NCBI RefSeq assembly: GCF_018350175.1
Contig: NC_058368.1
Location: forward strand, 140,308,001-140,372,000
Length of the DNA: 64,000 nt
Source of the DNA: Felis catus
Lineage: Eukaryota
Reading direction: 5' to 3'
Below the pieces are notes generated by a model. That model was not told the origin of the DNA and ran no database searches. It saw only the letters and a list, made by a program, of their open reading frames with translations. Below, piece after piece: positions 1 through 13,810 of the stretch; position 1 is the first letter of the stretch, and every line of letters begins with the position of its first letter. A program made the position numbers and the translations under genes.

Positions 1-2054
1 AATCAGCTACGAGGAGACAAGGAGAAGGGACCTCGAAAGCCTCTCATTAAGGGACGCAGGAAATCTTCAAGATGACTTCCATCATGCATTATGATTCCAC
101 GCTGCTGCAAGCAATTAACAGCTGTTCTGAGTTTATGAAACATTAGGTTGGAAGCCCCTGTAGTGGATTTTGTCTACTCTAGAGTCCTTTGTTATTTTTA
201 ATGCACTCACACAAACAGGAAATGTCTTATGTCAGACGCAAAACATTTATCAATTTTACGTTCCCCTCATAGTCATCAAGTTAAAAAAAAAGGCATGGAA
301 ATAAATTGAAAAGATGCATGAGGCAGTCCTGTTAGCCATTCAATATTCAATGTTGGCTTTGAAAAATACTGCAACATTATACCGTAAGGCTGATTTGGGT
401 AGCATTTTAATAGGATCTGAGGCTTTTAAATAATTGTGTTAATACCACCGGCTGCTTTTATTTGGCTGGTTGGAAACATGACTCATTTTATAAATAATAT
501 CTTTAATGAAAATACCCTAAAAATATATGCATCTGGTTATTAAGATGTCCGTTGGTACAGATTTCTCTTTGATGTGATGAGACTGTGCCAGGATGTTACT
601 GTTTCCCTCTGCTGTCATGAAAATGATGACAGGTGTGTCGCCGATGTGCACGGCTGTGTTTTTTTGTGGTGGTAGTGGTCGCATTGTGCGAGACCCGATC
701 GAACACACTGCAGAACAGCGGGATATATAAATCTCTGCAGTCTCCACTCAGCCATACAGCAGCTCAATTTTTTGCCACAGTACTCATAGTGAGATTTTTT
801 TTTTCCCGATAGTATCGACTTCATGTTAACCCTCAGTGGGTTACTGTGGCATTTGCTACACGACTGGAATCTTTTATTCTGAATACTTGGTTTGTGGTGT
901 GGTCTCTCCATTTTCCTTTAAAGTCACTTTGTCTGAAAGGCAGAAATCAGGTGTGAAAACCAAATGGTTGAGGACTTTACTCCTGCTTGCGTACCCATGT
1001 CTTAGAGGTTCCCTCGATTGGTGAAGAAAAATCAACAGACGCCCTTCTCACTGTCCACTCCATGTTATTGGGGCTGTGCTGTTGTTTCAGATCCTGCTTT
1101 TCTTCAAACATCATTAGGGCAAATCCAAACCTAACTGGTATTAAAAATAAATGCCTAACACGCTGCTTAACTTGATTTCTGTTTTTTTACATATGCTGTC
1201 AACAAAAACACTCTTTGTATTTTAAAAACCCTACGTTAAAGTCAGCCCATCAGAGATGCTGTAACTGAAAGCTTGAGAACTTCTCGAGTACCCTGTGTTG
1301 TAGAGTTGTTGCTATTTTGCTTGATTTCATTTGTGCTAAATAAGCGTCCTGTGGGAGCAGCATCCAAACCCCATTAGCATCAGTATTTCTGAACCACCCC
1401 TTTCCATCCCTTTCTAGATGCCTTAAATACACTGTATTGGACAAAGGGGGTTATATACCCACTTGTCCAGCTGCATTTTTCTTACATGAGCTCTCTTGGA
1501 TTGGGTTCCACGCCTGCCCCCACTGAAGGCCACCTGTTCTGCATGTGATTGAGGGTGTCTGGTGGCAGATTTCCTGGGTCAGTGTTAGAAGCCTCAGACT
1601 GATGGAGGAGGGCCCCGCTGTCCTGGCACAGTCCTGAAATGGAAAACAGTATTGTTGAGAGCAAGACCCAGTTCTTTGTGGCCAGGTGGGCACAGCTACA
1701 TCTCCCTTGAAATCTCCGTGTTTCTGTTTCGGGAAGACCGAAAGGACTTCTTGTCCTTGCCCACAAGAGGAGCATCCATTAGCTTATGTAGTTTGAAGAG
1801 TCTTAAGTTATACTCTGAAAACCGTGTAGACATCAAGTCCCCTTTCCTGAGGGTCCTTTTGTTTACCTTGACCAATTAGAGCATATGCATCACCTGGAAA
1901 ATGAAAGAAAGAGCACCTCCTACCCCTGCGAAATTTGGTGGTATGTTGATACAGAGCTAATTCACTCTCAATGTTTCTTCCTGTCTTCTTATTTTGCCAC
2001 CTACCGCGCCAGGTCACCCATGACGGTTCCTCACATATAAATCATCCTGAACAG

Positions 2055-2238
2055 CAGTGTTCTCAAACTTTAGCATGTAACCATGTCACCTCGAGGGCCT
2101 AAGAAAATACGGTAACTGGGGCCCGGCCCCAGAGTTTCTGATTCAATACCTCTATGGAGCCAGAGAATGTGCATCTGTAAGAAGTTCCCAGGTGCTGCTC
2201 AGGCTGCTGATTCAGAGACCCCACTGTGAGAACCAGTG
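2055..2238 (-). mobile_element. MER5A-like hAT-Charlie MITE
   Basis: Termini cagtgttctcaaacttt...gtgagaaccagtg and internal ccccagagtttctgattca match the recalled MER5A reverse complement. Confidence 0.8.
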
Positions 2239-2558
2239 CTATCCAGTGTTAGAACTAGCCATGTTCCTGTTCATTATCATTACAGGTCCAGGAGTCTGGT
2301 GTTTTGAACTTATTAACAACGTTTTCTTATTCCTGGGATTGACATTACTTGTGTACCTGACCCCTGGTCCTATTTTGTTACACTTGAATCACTGGTATCA
2401 AAAATAGTCATGAAAGCAGTATCTAACATTGACATAAAATTCGATGTCTTTACTTCCGTTATCCCATTCAAGCCTCCAAACAACTCTAAGGCTGCTTAGT
2501 AGAAGTAGCAGTAGAAGAAAGACGTCTGCAATGATAGTTTTTAAAAAGCCAATTTTAA

Positions 2559-2750
2559 GGGGCACTTGGGTGGTTGAGCTCAGTTAGCTGAGCATTCAAT
2601 TCTTGATTTCAGCTCAGGTCACGATCTCCAGGTATGGGATTGAGCCCCGTGTCAGGCTCTGCCCTGAGCATGCAGCCTGCCTAAGATTCTCTGTCTCTGT
2701 CTCTGTCTCTGTCTCTGTCTCTCTCAAATAAGTAAATAAATAAATAAATA
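2559..2750 (+). mobile_element. CanSINE (older subfamily)
   Basis: ggggcacttgggtgg head, (CTCTGT)n, (TAAA)n tail, TSD agccaatttta. Confidence 0.9.
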
Positions 2751-3957
2751 GCCAATTTTAGGAAGTTGGTCTTCCATAAGCAGTGCTCCCTTAAACTGAT
2801 TGATGTACCTGTTAACACACCCTTCTCCTACTGTACAAGAGAGGTGTAATGTAATGCTCACTCGTGTCCTCAGCTAGTAACCTCTAGATTCTGAATAAGG
2901 GATGATTCTAAATGTTGGTGTAGGAGTTTGGCAAATGAGTCTAATGAGCAAGTAACAAATCCTTTTGCAGTCCAGTCGTTTCTAATTCTTTGCTTTCAAC
3001 AAAACTGAAGAAGGATCTAATCCAATAATCTGGTATGTCATTAATAATGTTTGATGCAAACTTAGAGAACTGAGTGTTCAGAGAATTGAACCATGTAGTT
3101 GTAAGTAAGACTCTCTCCATTCACATTTACTTATTTACATGAATAAGAATTAATGATAAACTCTGTCTCACTTTAGCAATAAGTATTATCTACGTATGGA
3201 TGCATGAACCATTTGGGGGGAAAAAGCCCTCCATTTCATGTTATCAAAAGATAAACTTTCAATGAAACTTTATTTTTTAGTGTCAATATTGTCAAACTTA
3301 AAAACTATATTTTGTTATATTGATCAATTGTGTAATAATAGCTGAGTCAGTATAGTGTTCAGTATCACTTAGAAAGCTTGCAATCAGGATATTGTTTTAT
3401 ATTTTAAATTTAGGACATGTGCTTGCAGAGAAGTATAATAGATTGGTCAATAAAATCATAAACACGTGGTTTATGCATAACAATACACTTAAATTAGGTT
3501 AGAACTCTGTAAGTAGAATGGAATGTCCAGTTCAAGGAGAAAAGAGGATCATGTAAAATTTTCTTTTACTCAAGAGCTTGACCCTGTGGTTAATAAGTGA
3601 CTGATGGCGGTTCCAAATGGCTGTGGCATTGAGATTCCATTGGTTCCATTTCGAGTGACATTCTGGTTTTATTTAAGGTTTCCATTATTTACATTATGCC
3701 AGAAATTTTACCCTTACTAACAGATACATCCAGACCTAAGATGAAAATGTAAACGTCAGTTTAGAAATGTTGGTGGCAGGGATGGTTTTTCAAAATTCTG
3801 CGGAATCAAATGAGCATGAAGTTCTGTTCCACATGCACCTCTGATTCTCTGAGAGAAGAGAGATGAATGTCCCTGGGACTGTTGGCTTTCATGCCCCTCT
3901 TCATCCCTTTTGACGCTCCCTGAAAATCTTACCATTCTACCATGAAGATTTCATCTT

Positions 3958-4650
3958 TGTGAAATGAATATTTCTCATTTATAATGAGAAATATTTGGTC
4001 TTCCACCCAGGTCCTGGCACTGAGGTCCTAAGACCCTTAAAATTTCCTAGGTGGTGACAGTTGTGGTTTTTGTTACATTAATGACGTGATTTGGAAAACA
4101 CCTAAGTGTAAGGGCTGGTTGCCAGTAGAACCAATCTTGTGACTGGAATTCAGAGTCTCCTCACCTCCAGGGGACAGGAAGGGGCTGGATATTGAGTTGA
4201 ATCACCAACAGCCAATGATTTACGTAGGCAGTCATGCCCGTGTAATGAAGCCTTCATAAAAACCTGAAAGGATGTAGTTTGGAGAGCTTCTGCCTTGGTG
4301 CACATAAGGAGATTTAGGAAGAGTGGGGCTCCTAAAGAGTAATTGAAATTCCCATAACTTGCCCCATGCATCTCCTCCGTTAGGCTGTTCATGAATTATA
4401 TCCTTTACAATAAACCAGCAATCCAGTAAGTAGAATGTTTCTGAGTTCTGTAAGCCACTCCTGCAAAATATTTGAACCCAAGGAAGGGGCTACTTGGGAC
4501 CTCTAATCTCTGGCCTAGGTCAGAAACACAGGTGACAATCTGGGCTTGCAATTGTCATCTGAAGAGGAGGGGCAGGTGGCTTGGATGTGTTTTCGAAACA
4601 CCTTATCTCTCCCCACCCCCCCCCCCATCAGAATGGTATCAGAATTTTTA
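3958..4650 (+). mobile_element. MER21-like LTR
   Basis: Recalled MER21 motifs atatttggtctt, gccaatgattt...catgcc...taatgaagcc..cataaaaacc, aataaacc and ctgagttctgt.agcc. Confidence 0.7.
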
Positions 4651-7278
4651 ACACAAAGTGGAAATCTTTAAGCTTTACCTACAGGCATGATTTACTGTAG
4701 AAATAGTTCTTTCCACATATTATAAGAAGTAAAAAACAACCTTCTTCCTATCTTAAGATGAGAAACTATTGCAGAATATTTTCACTGATTTTTTAAAAAC
4801 CTGAACTTTCCTCATCAGACTTGGCAGGAAGTAGCAATGTAACGTGTTTACAGATCTACCCAGGTGGCTGCATAACCGCGGTAGCCTGCCCCTCCTTCTT
4901 TCCCGCCTCTGGAGTATTGGTGGAAGCGGGTTTTGAGCAGCTCAACTGAAATGAGACCTAACAAAAGCTTTACTCCAACTTCCATATTCAGCTCTATGAC
5001 ATGTCTCTTGATCTCATTCTTCCAGCCCTTGTGAACTGCCTGTTTTCTACACAAATGTCCAGGTCTATAAGGTAATGTCTGATGCAGACAGGCCTGAATA
5101 TTCATTGTGAAATACACAGATTGCCTCCAACATCCTATGAACCAAGACTCATATTTCAGAAATCTTACTGAATGCAACTCCTCGCTTCCCCCAAGACTTT
5201 CTTTAAATCTTCTCATGGCTTAATTAAATACTAAGAATTGTACTAAATCCAAAATGTTAATTATGTTTATCTCTGGGTGCTGAACCTTGAGGTGATTTGC
5301 TTTCTTTGAAATCATATTCTCTATTGCTTGAATTGCCACATAAGCACGTATGTTTTCATAGCTAGAAAACTGCAACAACAAAACTGTTATCCGAGGGTAA
5401 AGAAAATGATCAAAAGAATCCTAAGCAGGTGAGGTGAATCAAGTCCACCCTCTTTCCAGGTCTTTCCAGACAAATGAGATACTCAGAGTTGATGTTCCTC
5501 TTTTTATAAGACCATCCCCCAACCCAGTGGATTTTATTTTGTCTACAGTTTTTGATGCTCACTGTCAGGAAATTCTCAGCTAACCAAAACCTGCCTGTTA
5601 TTCTAGCCTATGGCAAGAGGAAAAACAGCTGTTGGATATAATGCTTATCATTCGTAATAGCATTAAAGACCCTTCTTAAGTTCTGTGACACTCTATACTA
5701 ATTCCTAATCATATTGACCAGAGGTTTTTTTCCAGATGCAAGAAAGTTTCTTTTTCTGCCAGAAATAATCAGAACCACTAATGTTTTACCTCCTCAGGTA
5801 TGTGTCTAGCTCAATCTTTTCTGTTAGGTTTCTGGTTTTCCCAGACAAGGATTCAGGAGTGTTTTCTGCTGTACTCCAGTGATAATTATATCAAGTGGTT
5901 TGGATACAGGACCAGGGAGGGGGTCTTGAGATCATCTTCCCACGTTGTCCATTCCTCCCATGCACTGGTCCCATCCTCCTCTGCCCCACCATGTCCCTGG
6001 TTCCCCTTTCCCTCACCCCTGGTTTTTAAAGCCCTTTTCTCCTAACTGTCCCCACACACAAATACTTCTTTCTTTACTATGATCCCAGAGTTGCCCTCGA
6101 GAACCCAGTGTCCTAGCTTAGATCTGTGTTTGTGTAGTTGGGCATTCCTTTACTGTATCCAACTTTTCTTTTCCAAATCCCACAGTTTCAAATAACCCTT
6201 AGATCTGCAGCCCATGCCCATTAAAACCAAACACCCTCACCCAGTAAAATCTCTTGTGTGGGTATGCCAAGCCACCCCCAGGTCACCTCTCCGGTCTGCT
6301 GAGCCACAGGCCCACCAGAGGAAGGACTGCCTCATTTGAGCCCCTCATCCCTGAGGCCACCACCCACCGAACACCCAGAATCCTCTAGTCCTTCCTGCCT
6401 GTTTTTCGCCCTGGCTCCCATCTCTGGCCCTTCCAGGAGAAAAGAGGGCTCAGGTTTTCCTTAGAAGCTGGTATAAGAATGAAATTCTTTGCCAGATCGT
6501 TTTCCCCAATCCCTGTTTAAAAACTCAAAACCTGACAAAAAGGCACAGATACGGAATATGTTCTGAGATGTTTTTACAAAATGATGGGCAAAGATTTTCC
6601 CTTGAAACAATTTTGATCCTCTGCCCTTGCTTCTGAGACCTTGACCTTGTGTCATGACCCTCACAGGGTGTGTTTTGTGCTTCCGCTCCTTCTGACTGGT
6701 TGTCTGGCCCTCAGAATTGGAGGGCAGGGTGCTGCCTTTCCATCTTTGCATCTATCCCCAAAGGGGTGCCTTGCCAGGTTGGATTTAATAGCACAGTGGT
6801 TAAATTAGAATTTTAATGAGAATCGTGGAGGAAAAAGAAAACATAACAGCTTCTTAGCCTTGGTCTGAATTGCTTCTAGCTTCCCTTCAGTCTGGCAAGT
6901 AACAGTCACCAGGGAAGAGGCTTTTCCGAGTGCCTCATCTTTGCATGCTTGTGAACTCAGGGTGCCCCCCAGTGTTGGTTAGGGTTCATCACAGTTAATC
7001 ACAGTTCACCATTTCTTAGAACACCTAGAATGGATGAAGGAGATGCATTTTGGTTTTGTGATTCGTGGTAATCCTCATTTTCTGCCAGACGCTTTTCTTG
7101 TGTTTGTGATCTTTGGAAGTTCAGTCGACCAGAGGGCTCATGAGGTATTTTGAAAACCTCAAAGTTATTTTGCCTATGTGCAAAATGGGCTCTTGATTGG
7201 AGAAGAGCAGTTTCCACACAAATTCATGTCCTAGCCAGAATCTCTCCTACTCCCAAATCTTTTGAAGGTGCCTCCTTT

Positions 7279-7503
7279 AAAAAACAAATAATGTTTTAGT
7301 CTTAATTTATTTTTGAGAGAGAGAGAGAAAGAGACAGAGTGCGAGCGGGTGAGGAACAGGGCGGGGAAGACACAAACTTCAAAGCAGGCTTTAGGCTTCA
7401 AACCGTCAGCACAGAGCCCTTCGTGGGCCTCAAACTCATGAACCACACGTTTATGACCTGAGCAAAGTCGGACACTTAACCGACTGAGCCACCCAGGTGC
7501 TCC
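7279..7503 (-). mobile_element. CanSINE
   Basis: Ends cttaaccgactgagccacccaggtgctcc; (GA)n; TSD tgcctccttt. Confidence 0.9.
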
Positions 7504-8610
7504 TGACATGCCTCCTTTTTCAAAATGTCATTATATTTTTTCTTTTCGAGACATCCATAGAACTAAAAAAACAGCCAGTTCATATCTCTGCTTGGCTCTC
7601 AGAAGGAAAAAGCATTGATCAAACAGACTTGACCAACAAGTTTGTTCTTGTTGAACGGAATTTGAAGTCCTAAGGTTGTACTTGAACTTTTTCTACCAGC
7701 CTCTACCCAAATGAAAATGACTTCTAAGCTTCGGAAAACCTTTTTTTATCTTCCTTAATCTACCACTGTATCAAAGCACGTGTCCATTTTGTTTATTCAA
7801 GCTGGTTGTCAGGCTTCCCAGCACAACTACCTCTAGGCACCTGCATTGTATGCTCCACAAGTGTTTTTTGCACCAGACTTTGAGAGCCACCAAGTTAAGC
7901 AAAGAAATTCCTTGCTTTTCCTACTTATTTATTAACCTTATTAATTAAAATATAATTTTATTCATTCATGTCACGATTATTGCTGCCTTTGGAGCTAAAT
8001 ACTCTCTATAGCTCAAGTGTGTGTGTGTGTGTGCGCGTGCACACACGTAAACACTGCGGTAACAAGGGATATGGTGGGAGGTGAAGTACTCATGGAGATC
8101 TCAAAAGTCAGAACTACCTGTTTCTGTGGTTTGAACCCTTAGGAACAATAATTCTGCCTCACCCTTTGGACTGGGTGGTGGTTAAGCAGGATGCAGTTTG
8201 TATTTTTTTCATCTGGATGACTGCTGAGCACCTGGTCAAAAGGGTAACAGCCTCAGGAAATCTCCCTTCGGCAAAGAGAAATGGCCTGAGCTTCCTGAGT
8301 TCTCCAGGTTTGGGAACTCCCTCTTCCGGTGTTTCCTGAGTAGGAGAGCCCAGCCAAGAGGATAGAAGGAGCTTCAATGTGGAACCTGAGCCCTCCCTGA
8401 CCTTTAGTCACCTCTGCTGTGACGAGCAAAAAGAATGTTGTCTATTAAAATGCAACCAGTTGAAACAGTACTAAGCCCAAAGCAATACAATTTGAATGCT
8501 TCCAAGTCAGATTAGTTGATAAAGTATCTAGTACTTTGCCTGGAGCTTTGGTGTATCACCAGTATCGTATGTGATCTTGCTGTGGTAGTCATCAGACCTA
8601 CTCTTGTTCA

Positions 8611-9031
8611 AATTGAGGTTATAATTTACCTACAAAAAGATGCAAGAGTCTTAAATGTACAGTTCCATGGATTTTGATAATTGTATGTATCCATGTAACC
8701 ACCACCCAAATCAAGATAACAGAACATTTCCACCTCCCCAAAAAGTTTTCTCACATCCATTGTCAGTCAGCCTCTTGACTACCTACCCTAGAGGCAACCA
8801 CTGTTTTGCTTTCTATCACCAAAGATTAGTTCTTCCCATTTTTGAACTTTATATAAATAAAGTGTGGAACCTTCTGATTTCTTTCAGTCACCAATGTTTT
8901 AAAAATATATCCATGTTGCATGTATCAGTAATTCATTTTTTTATTATAAAATAGTACCATTATAAAGATACATCACAGTGTGTTCCTCCATTCTCCCACT
9001 GATGGATATTTGGGTTGCTTCCAGTTTTTGT

Positions 9032-9065
<34 letters not shown>

Positions 9066-9301
9066 TGTGTGTGTGTGTGTGCGCGCGTGCGTGCGTGTAG
9101 GGAGACGGGTCAATTTTAATTTTTTTAAAGACGGCTTTCTGGTCATTCTTATAGAAGACTTTTGAACAGCCTCAGCTCTGCTTATATTTTCATTTCTCTT
9201 GGATAAATACCCAGAAGTAGGATTTCTGGGTCATCTGATAGATGTATGTTTAACTTAATAAGAAACTGCCAGTTCTCTAAAGTTGCACCATTTTACATTT
9301 T

Positions 9302-9341
<40 letters not shown>

Positions 9342-9478
9342 GGAATGTGGTTGTGATTTTACGTTGCCACTGGTGATGTTTTAGAGTTCCACTTGCCCCA
9401 CATCCTTGCCAACACTTGGTGGGTGTGGTATCTCCTTGTTTTAATTTGCATTTCTCTGAAGACAGTGATGTTTAACAC
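8611..9478 (-). mobile_element. Old L1 (L1MB/MC/ME-like) 3' end containing two (TG)n microsatellites
   Basis: Typical antisense L1 3'UTR motifs: ccatgtaaccaccacccaaatcaagat, gatggatatttgggttgcttccagttt, gaaactgcca, ttttaatttgcatttctctga. Confidence 0.8.
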
Positions 9479-10038
9479 TGGTAATTCAATGTTAAAGCTG
9501 ATTTTTAAAGAAATCTTCACTTTTTTAATCTATGAAATGGGATGTAGCCATGTCCCCGCAGAACCTAAACTGAGTGTGTTATCTGAGCACATCTGAGACC
9601 CTGGTCAGTGTGTGCCTGTAAGGACCTGTAAGGACTCTGACTGTGTGGGGGATGGGGAGCCACCTGGGATAGAAGGACACTGAGGAAGGAGGGCCAAGGA
9701 GAGAGACCCGGTCCAGGAGCCCAGTCAGAGAGAGGGACCTTTGTTGATAGTGCAGTTTCTGTTGCCTCAGGTTTCTGTGCTTCCTTGTTCAGTATGAACA
9801 CCAGTGAGAGGGAACTACAAATGAACTGAAAAAGATGTCCTCGAATGAGTCATTTGAACCCAATGGAGCTCAAGATAGGAAAAGGGAATCTCAATACTGG
9901 GTGAAGGAGGCTTTGGGTCCAGGCCTATGAATAATGATAGTAGGACCAAGTCTTGCCCACACAGCAGCCTCAGCACCGCAGAGCCCTGGTTATAACTCTG
10001 TCACATCAATCCTTACGATAGCCCCATTATACAAAGAA

Positions 10039-10687
10039 ATGGCAGCTCCTCAAAAAATTAAACACAGAATTGTCATACGATCCAGCCACTCCACTTTTAG
10101 GTATAATCCCAAAAGAATTGAGAGTAGGGACTTGAAGACATACATATACACCAGCGTTCCTGGCAGCTTTATTAACAGTAGCCAAAAGATGGAAACCACC
10201 TGTGCCCACTGATGGGTGAATGGATAAACAAATGCGCCCTATACACAGGGTGAGATATTATTCAGCCTCAAAAAGGAATGAAATTCTGACTTAAGATAGA
10301 ACATGGGCAAACTTGAGGACATTAAGGTAAGTGAAATAAGCCAGATGCAGAAGGACAAATACTGTATGACTCCACCTAGATCATGTACCTTTAGTAGTGA
10401 AATTTGTAGATATAGAAAGTGAAACGGTGGTTGCTGGGGACTGGGAGTGGAGGTGGGAAATGGGCAGTTACTGTTTCATGGGTATAGAACTTGTGAGATG
10501 AAAAGCGTTCTGGAGATGGATGGTGCTAATGGTTGCACAACAATGTGGATGTATCTACTACCACTGAACTGTATGTTAACAATGGTTAAGGAGCACCCGT
10601 GGCTCATTGGGTGGAAGCATGCAACTCTTGGTCTCAAGGTTGTAAGTTTGAGCCCCAGGATGGGTACAGAGTTTACTTTAAAATCTT

Positions 10688-10726
<39 letters not shown>

Positions 10727-11015
10727 GCAAACAGACAGAATTATAAAAATGGTAAATTTAGGGGGTGCCTGGGTGGCTCGGTCGGTTAAGCGTCTGACTT
10801 TGGCTCAGGTTATGATCTCGCGGTCCGTGGGTTCAAGCCCCTCATCAGGCTCTGTGCTGACAGCTCAGAGCCTGGAGCCTGCTTTGGATTCTGTGACTCC
10901 CTCTCTCTCTCTGCCTCTCCCCTGCTCACACTCTGTCTCTGTTACCGTCAAAATAAATACACATTTAAAAAAATTTTTAAATGGTAAATTTTTGTTATGT
11001 ATATTTTATCACAAG
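10039..11015 (+). mobile_element. L1MB-like 3' end with nested short CanSINE (about 10590-10688), (AGAT)n (10689-10726) and CanSINE (about 10761-10980)
   Basis: cctcaaaaaattaaacacagaattg, aatggataaacaaa and gttctggagatggatggtg L1 motifs; SINE TSD aatggtaaattt. Confidence 0.85.
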
Positions 11016-12923
11016 GAAAACCTATTAAAACAAACAAACAACAACAACAACAACAAAACAAGTAGCTTGCCCAAGGTCTCACAGCTAGTAATCAGCAGAA
11101 TGAGGATTACAATTTAGGGGGTCCTATTCACAGCCTGAACTGTTCATTCCTTCCAGAGATGCTTCAAAGTTGGGGTATGGCACAAGTGAGCAGGGCATCC
11201 TAGGGGTTTGTTGGGTATTGAAGGCCTCTGTATCTGTCAGTAGATTCCCAGAAGAGAGAAACAAAAGACCCCTCAGGGTGATGGGAGGGGCAGCATTCAT
11301 GTGTACATATGAGATGTTCCCTGGGCATCTCCAGCCATGGTAGCAGAGGAGCTAGACAGCTCTCAATAACAGGTAGGGATGAGTGGTTGATAAGGTTACA
11401 GTAAGTAACCCAATTAAAAAAAAAAAATCTGGTGTAACAGAGAAATGATCGTTATGGACACAAAACCTTACAGATGTGTAATTTACAATTCTAGATGAAG
11501 TCCAGGTACAATATGACTTTTGAAATTACTTGGTGACCTACACCTTGCATACCTTTTGGGGTATAGAAGGTATACCCAAATCTAAAGTACCCTTTTGTTT
11601 TTTCCATTCTGCTTAACACGATTCAACGGATGAAATGTTTAGCCTCTAGCATTTAGCAGAGTACATACTCTAAACAAATATGTGGAATATGTGATAAATG
11701 CTGGAAGAGGCAGGACACAAAATCACTGTAGGAATTACTAAAGACAAAGCTGTTGATTCTCGGCAGGTCTGTTGTGTTCGTGGAGGTGACATTGGATGTG
11801 GGCCTGGAAGTGTGAATAGGAATTTTGTAGGTCGATAACAAGGGTGAGAAGAAAAGAGCCTGAGCTGAGGCACAAAGGGCGTCACAGGGTGGTGCGAGGA
11901 AGAGAAGGTAATAGGGTAAGACTGGAAGCTGGTTTTCTTGTGTACACATAGAACACTTGGATGAGAACCACCTGGGGTGGTTTTTGAGATGCAGGTTTGG
12001 GGACCCACTCCAGCCCTCCTAGATGTGGATTTTTTTTGGTAGTGGAGGCTGAGAATGTGCATTTTCAACGCTATTCCCTGCAATGCCATGGCGTACAGAA
12101 GTGCCATGGAGGGCATCGCTGGGCTGGAATGGGGAGGCGTGGTTGGAGGTGGGCGAGGTTGAAAAGATTCTTTTAGTCCAGTCAGGTGTATTCGGCAGGT
12201 AGACAGAAGACGGGGGAGGGAAGGAAACGTTGAGGCTGCAGTAAAGCATTTCATTGTTGATAAAGTTTCATGAAGCCCTTCTCCAGAGACTGGGCAACGC
12301 ACTAACAGGAGTCAGAGAAGAGACTGTGCCGCAGGGAGAGGACGTGAGGTGTATGGATGGCGGGTATAAGTGCTGTGAGAAGACAGTGAACTTTGGTGAT
12401 GATATTCCAGCACATGGTGATGGACAGGAATGGAAGGGTGGAGGAGGCACAAGCCAAGAGGGGCCTGAAGAGAATGAACACCTCCCAGAGTTCTTCAAAG
12501 TCCAGGGCTTGTGAAACCCAGTGTGGGCCTCCCATCCCTGACTGCTCTGGCTTTACTGGAATAACCTTGTGGGGACATGGGGACATGGGGTTGAAGCCAG
12601 ATGCTTTTACTAAGGATGCTGTTTCTCCATTCCTGAAGATTAGCAGGAAATGTTAAGAGCAAACCTCCCCTACCCTTATGAAACAAGAATACAGATCCTT
12701 TAGGAAATATATGGTTATTACCTTCTTTGTAGTAATAACCATTTATAAGAAAGCTTTTGATGGAGAATGCTGCACTCTACCAAAACCCTCAGGGGTGAAA
12801 ACATTTCTTTGCTTTTCTTGCTGTGTGCCACCTATACTTGGTTTTTAGGGTGCATTTAAACACATGTAAGGAGAAAAGTGACAAGTCCTACAGATCAAAT
12901 TTATTGCAAAAAGAGCTTATAAC

Positions 12924-13132
12924 TTTTTTTTAAGTTTATTTATTTTAGAGAAAGAAAGAATGTGAGTGGGGAGGAGCAGAGAGAGAGAGAGAGAGGAGAG
13001 AGAGAAACCCAAGTAGTCTCCACACGTCAGCAAAGAGCCTGATGAAGGGCTCGAACTCACTAACCGTGAGATCATGACCTGAGCCAAAATCAAGAGTCAG
13101 GCGCTGAACAGACTGAGCCACCCAAGTGCCCC
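12924..13132 (-). mobile_element. CanSINE
   Basis: poly(T), (GA)n, gactgagccacccaagtgcccc. Confidence 0.9.
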
Positions 13133-13300
13133 AAAAAGATCTAACTTAAAAACAAAATGCCTTGATGCAGGAATGAAATCTAAAGTCTTCTGAAAGTCTG
13201 TTTCCAAATGTCTGTTTGAAGACCAACTTCAAACTACCTTCATTAGCTCTGTTTACTTTGAATGCTGGTAACACAGACAAAAACAATGACCGGTTTACAG

Positions 13301-13485
13301 CCAGATCTCTTGTCCTGGGCATTATTGACATTTTGAGCTGGATAATTCTTTGTGGGTGGGGGAACTGTCCTGTGCATTATAAGATATTTAGCAGCATCCC
13401 TGGCCTCTGCCCACTAGATGCCAGTAGTAACTCCTCCTCCAAGCTCATGACAATCAAAAATGTTTCCAGACATTGCCAAATGTCT
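13301..13485 (-). mobile_element. MER20-like hAT MITE
   Basis: attgacattttgagctggataattcttt...tagcagcatccctggcctct.cccactagatgccagtag...ccagacattgccaaatgtc is the recalled MER20 reverse complement. Confidence 0.85.
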
Positions 13486-13605
13486 TCTGGCAGACGTTAC
13501 CAAAAAAAATTCAGGGATCCTAGTTCAATGTGAGTTTCAGATAAACAAATAATTTATTTTAGTATAAGTATGCTCAAGTATTACATAGGACACACTTCTA
13601 TTAAA

Positions 13606-13810
13606 TTTTTTTTTTTTTTTTTTTTTTTGGGACAGAGACAGAGCATGAATGGGGGAGGGGCAGAGAGAGAGGGAGACACAGAATCGGAAACAGGCTCCAG
13701 GCTCTGAGCCATCAGCCCAGAGCCCGACGCGGGGCTCGAACTCACAGACCGCGAGATCGTGACCTGGCTGAAGTCGGACGCTTAACCGACTGCGCCACCC
13801 AGGCGCCCCC
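13606..13810 (-). mobile_element. Young felid SINEC_Fc-type SINE
   Basis: CpG-rich and near-identical to the copies at 24028 and 33336; T23 tail. Confidence 0.95.

Noticed and set aside
9969..9989. Possible REST/RE1 site (ctcagcaccgcagagccc)
   Set aside because: Only the left half-site matches; the GGACAG half is absent.
11670..12302. Longest ORF in the track (210 aa, minus strand)
   Set aside because: No recognisable domain; low-complexity Ser/Pro-rich translation across degraded repeat-like intronic sequence; consistent with a chance ORF.
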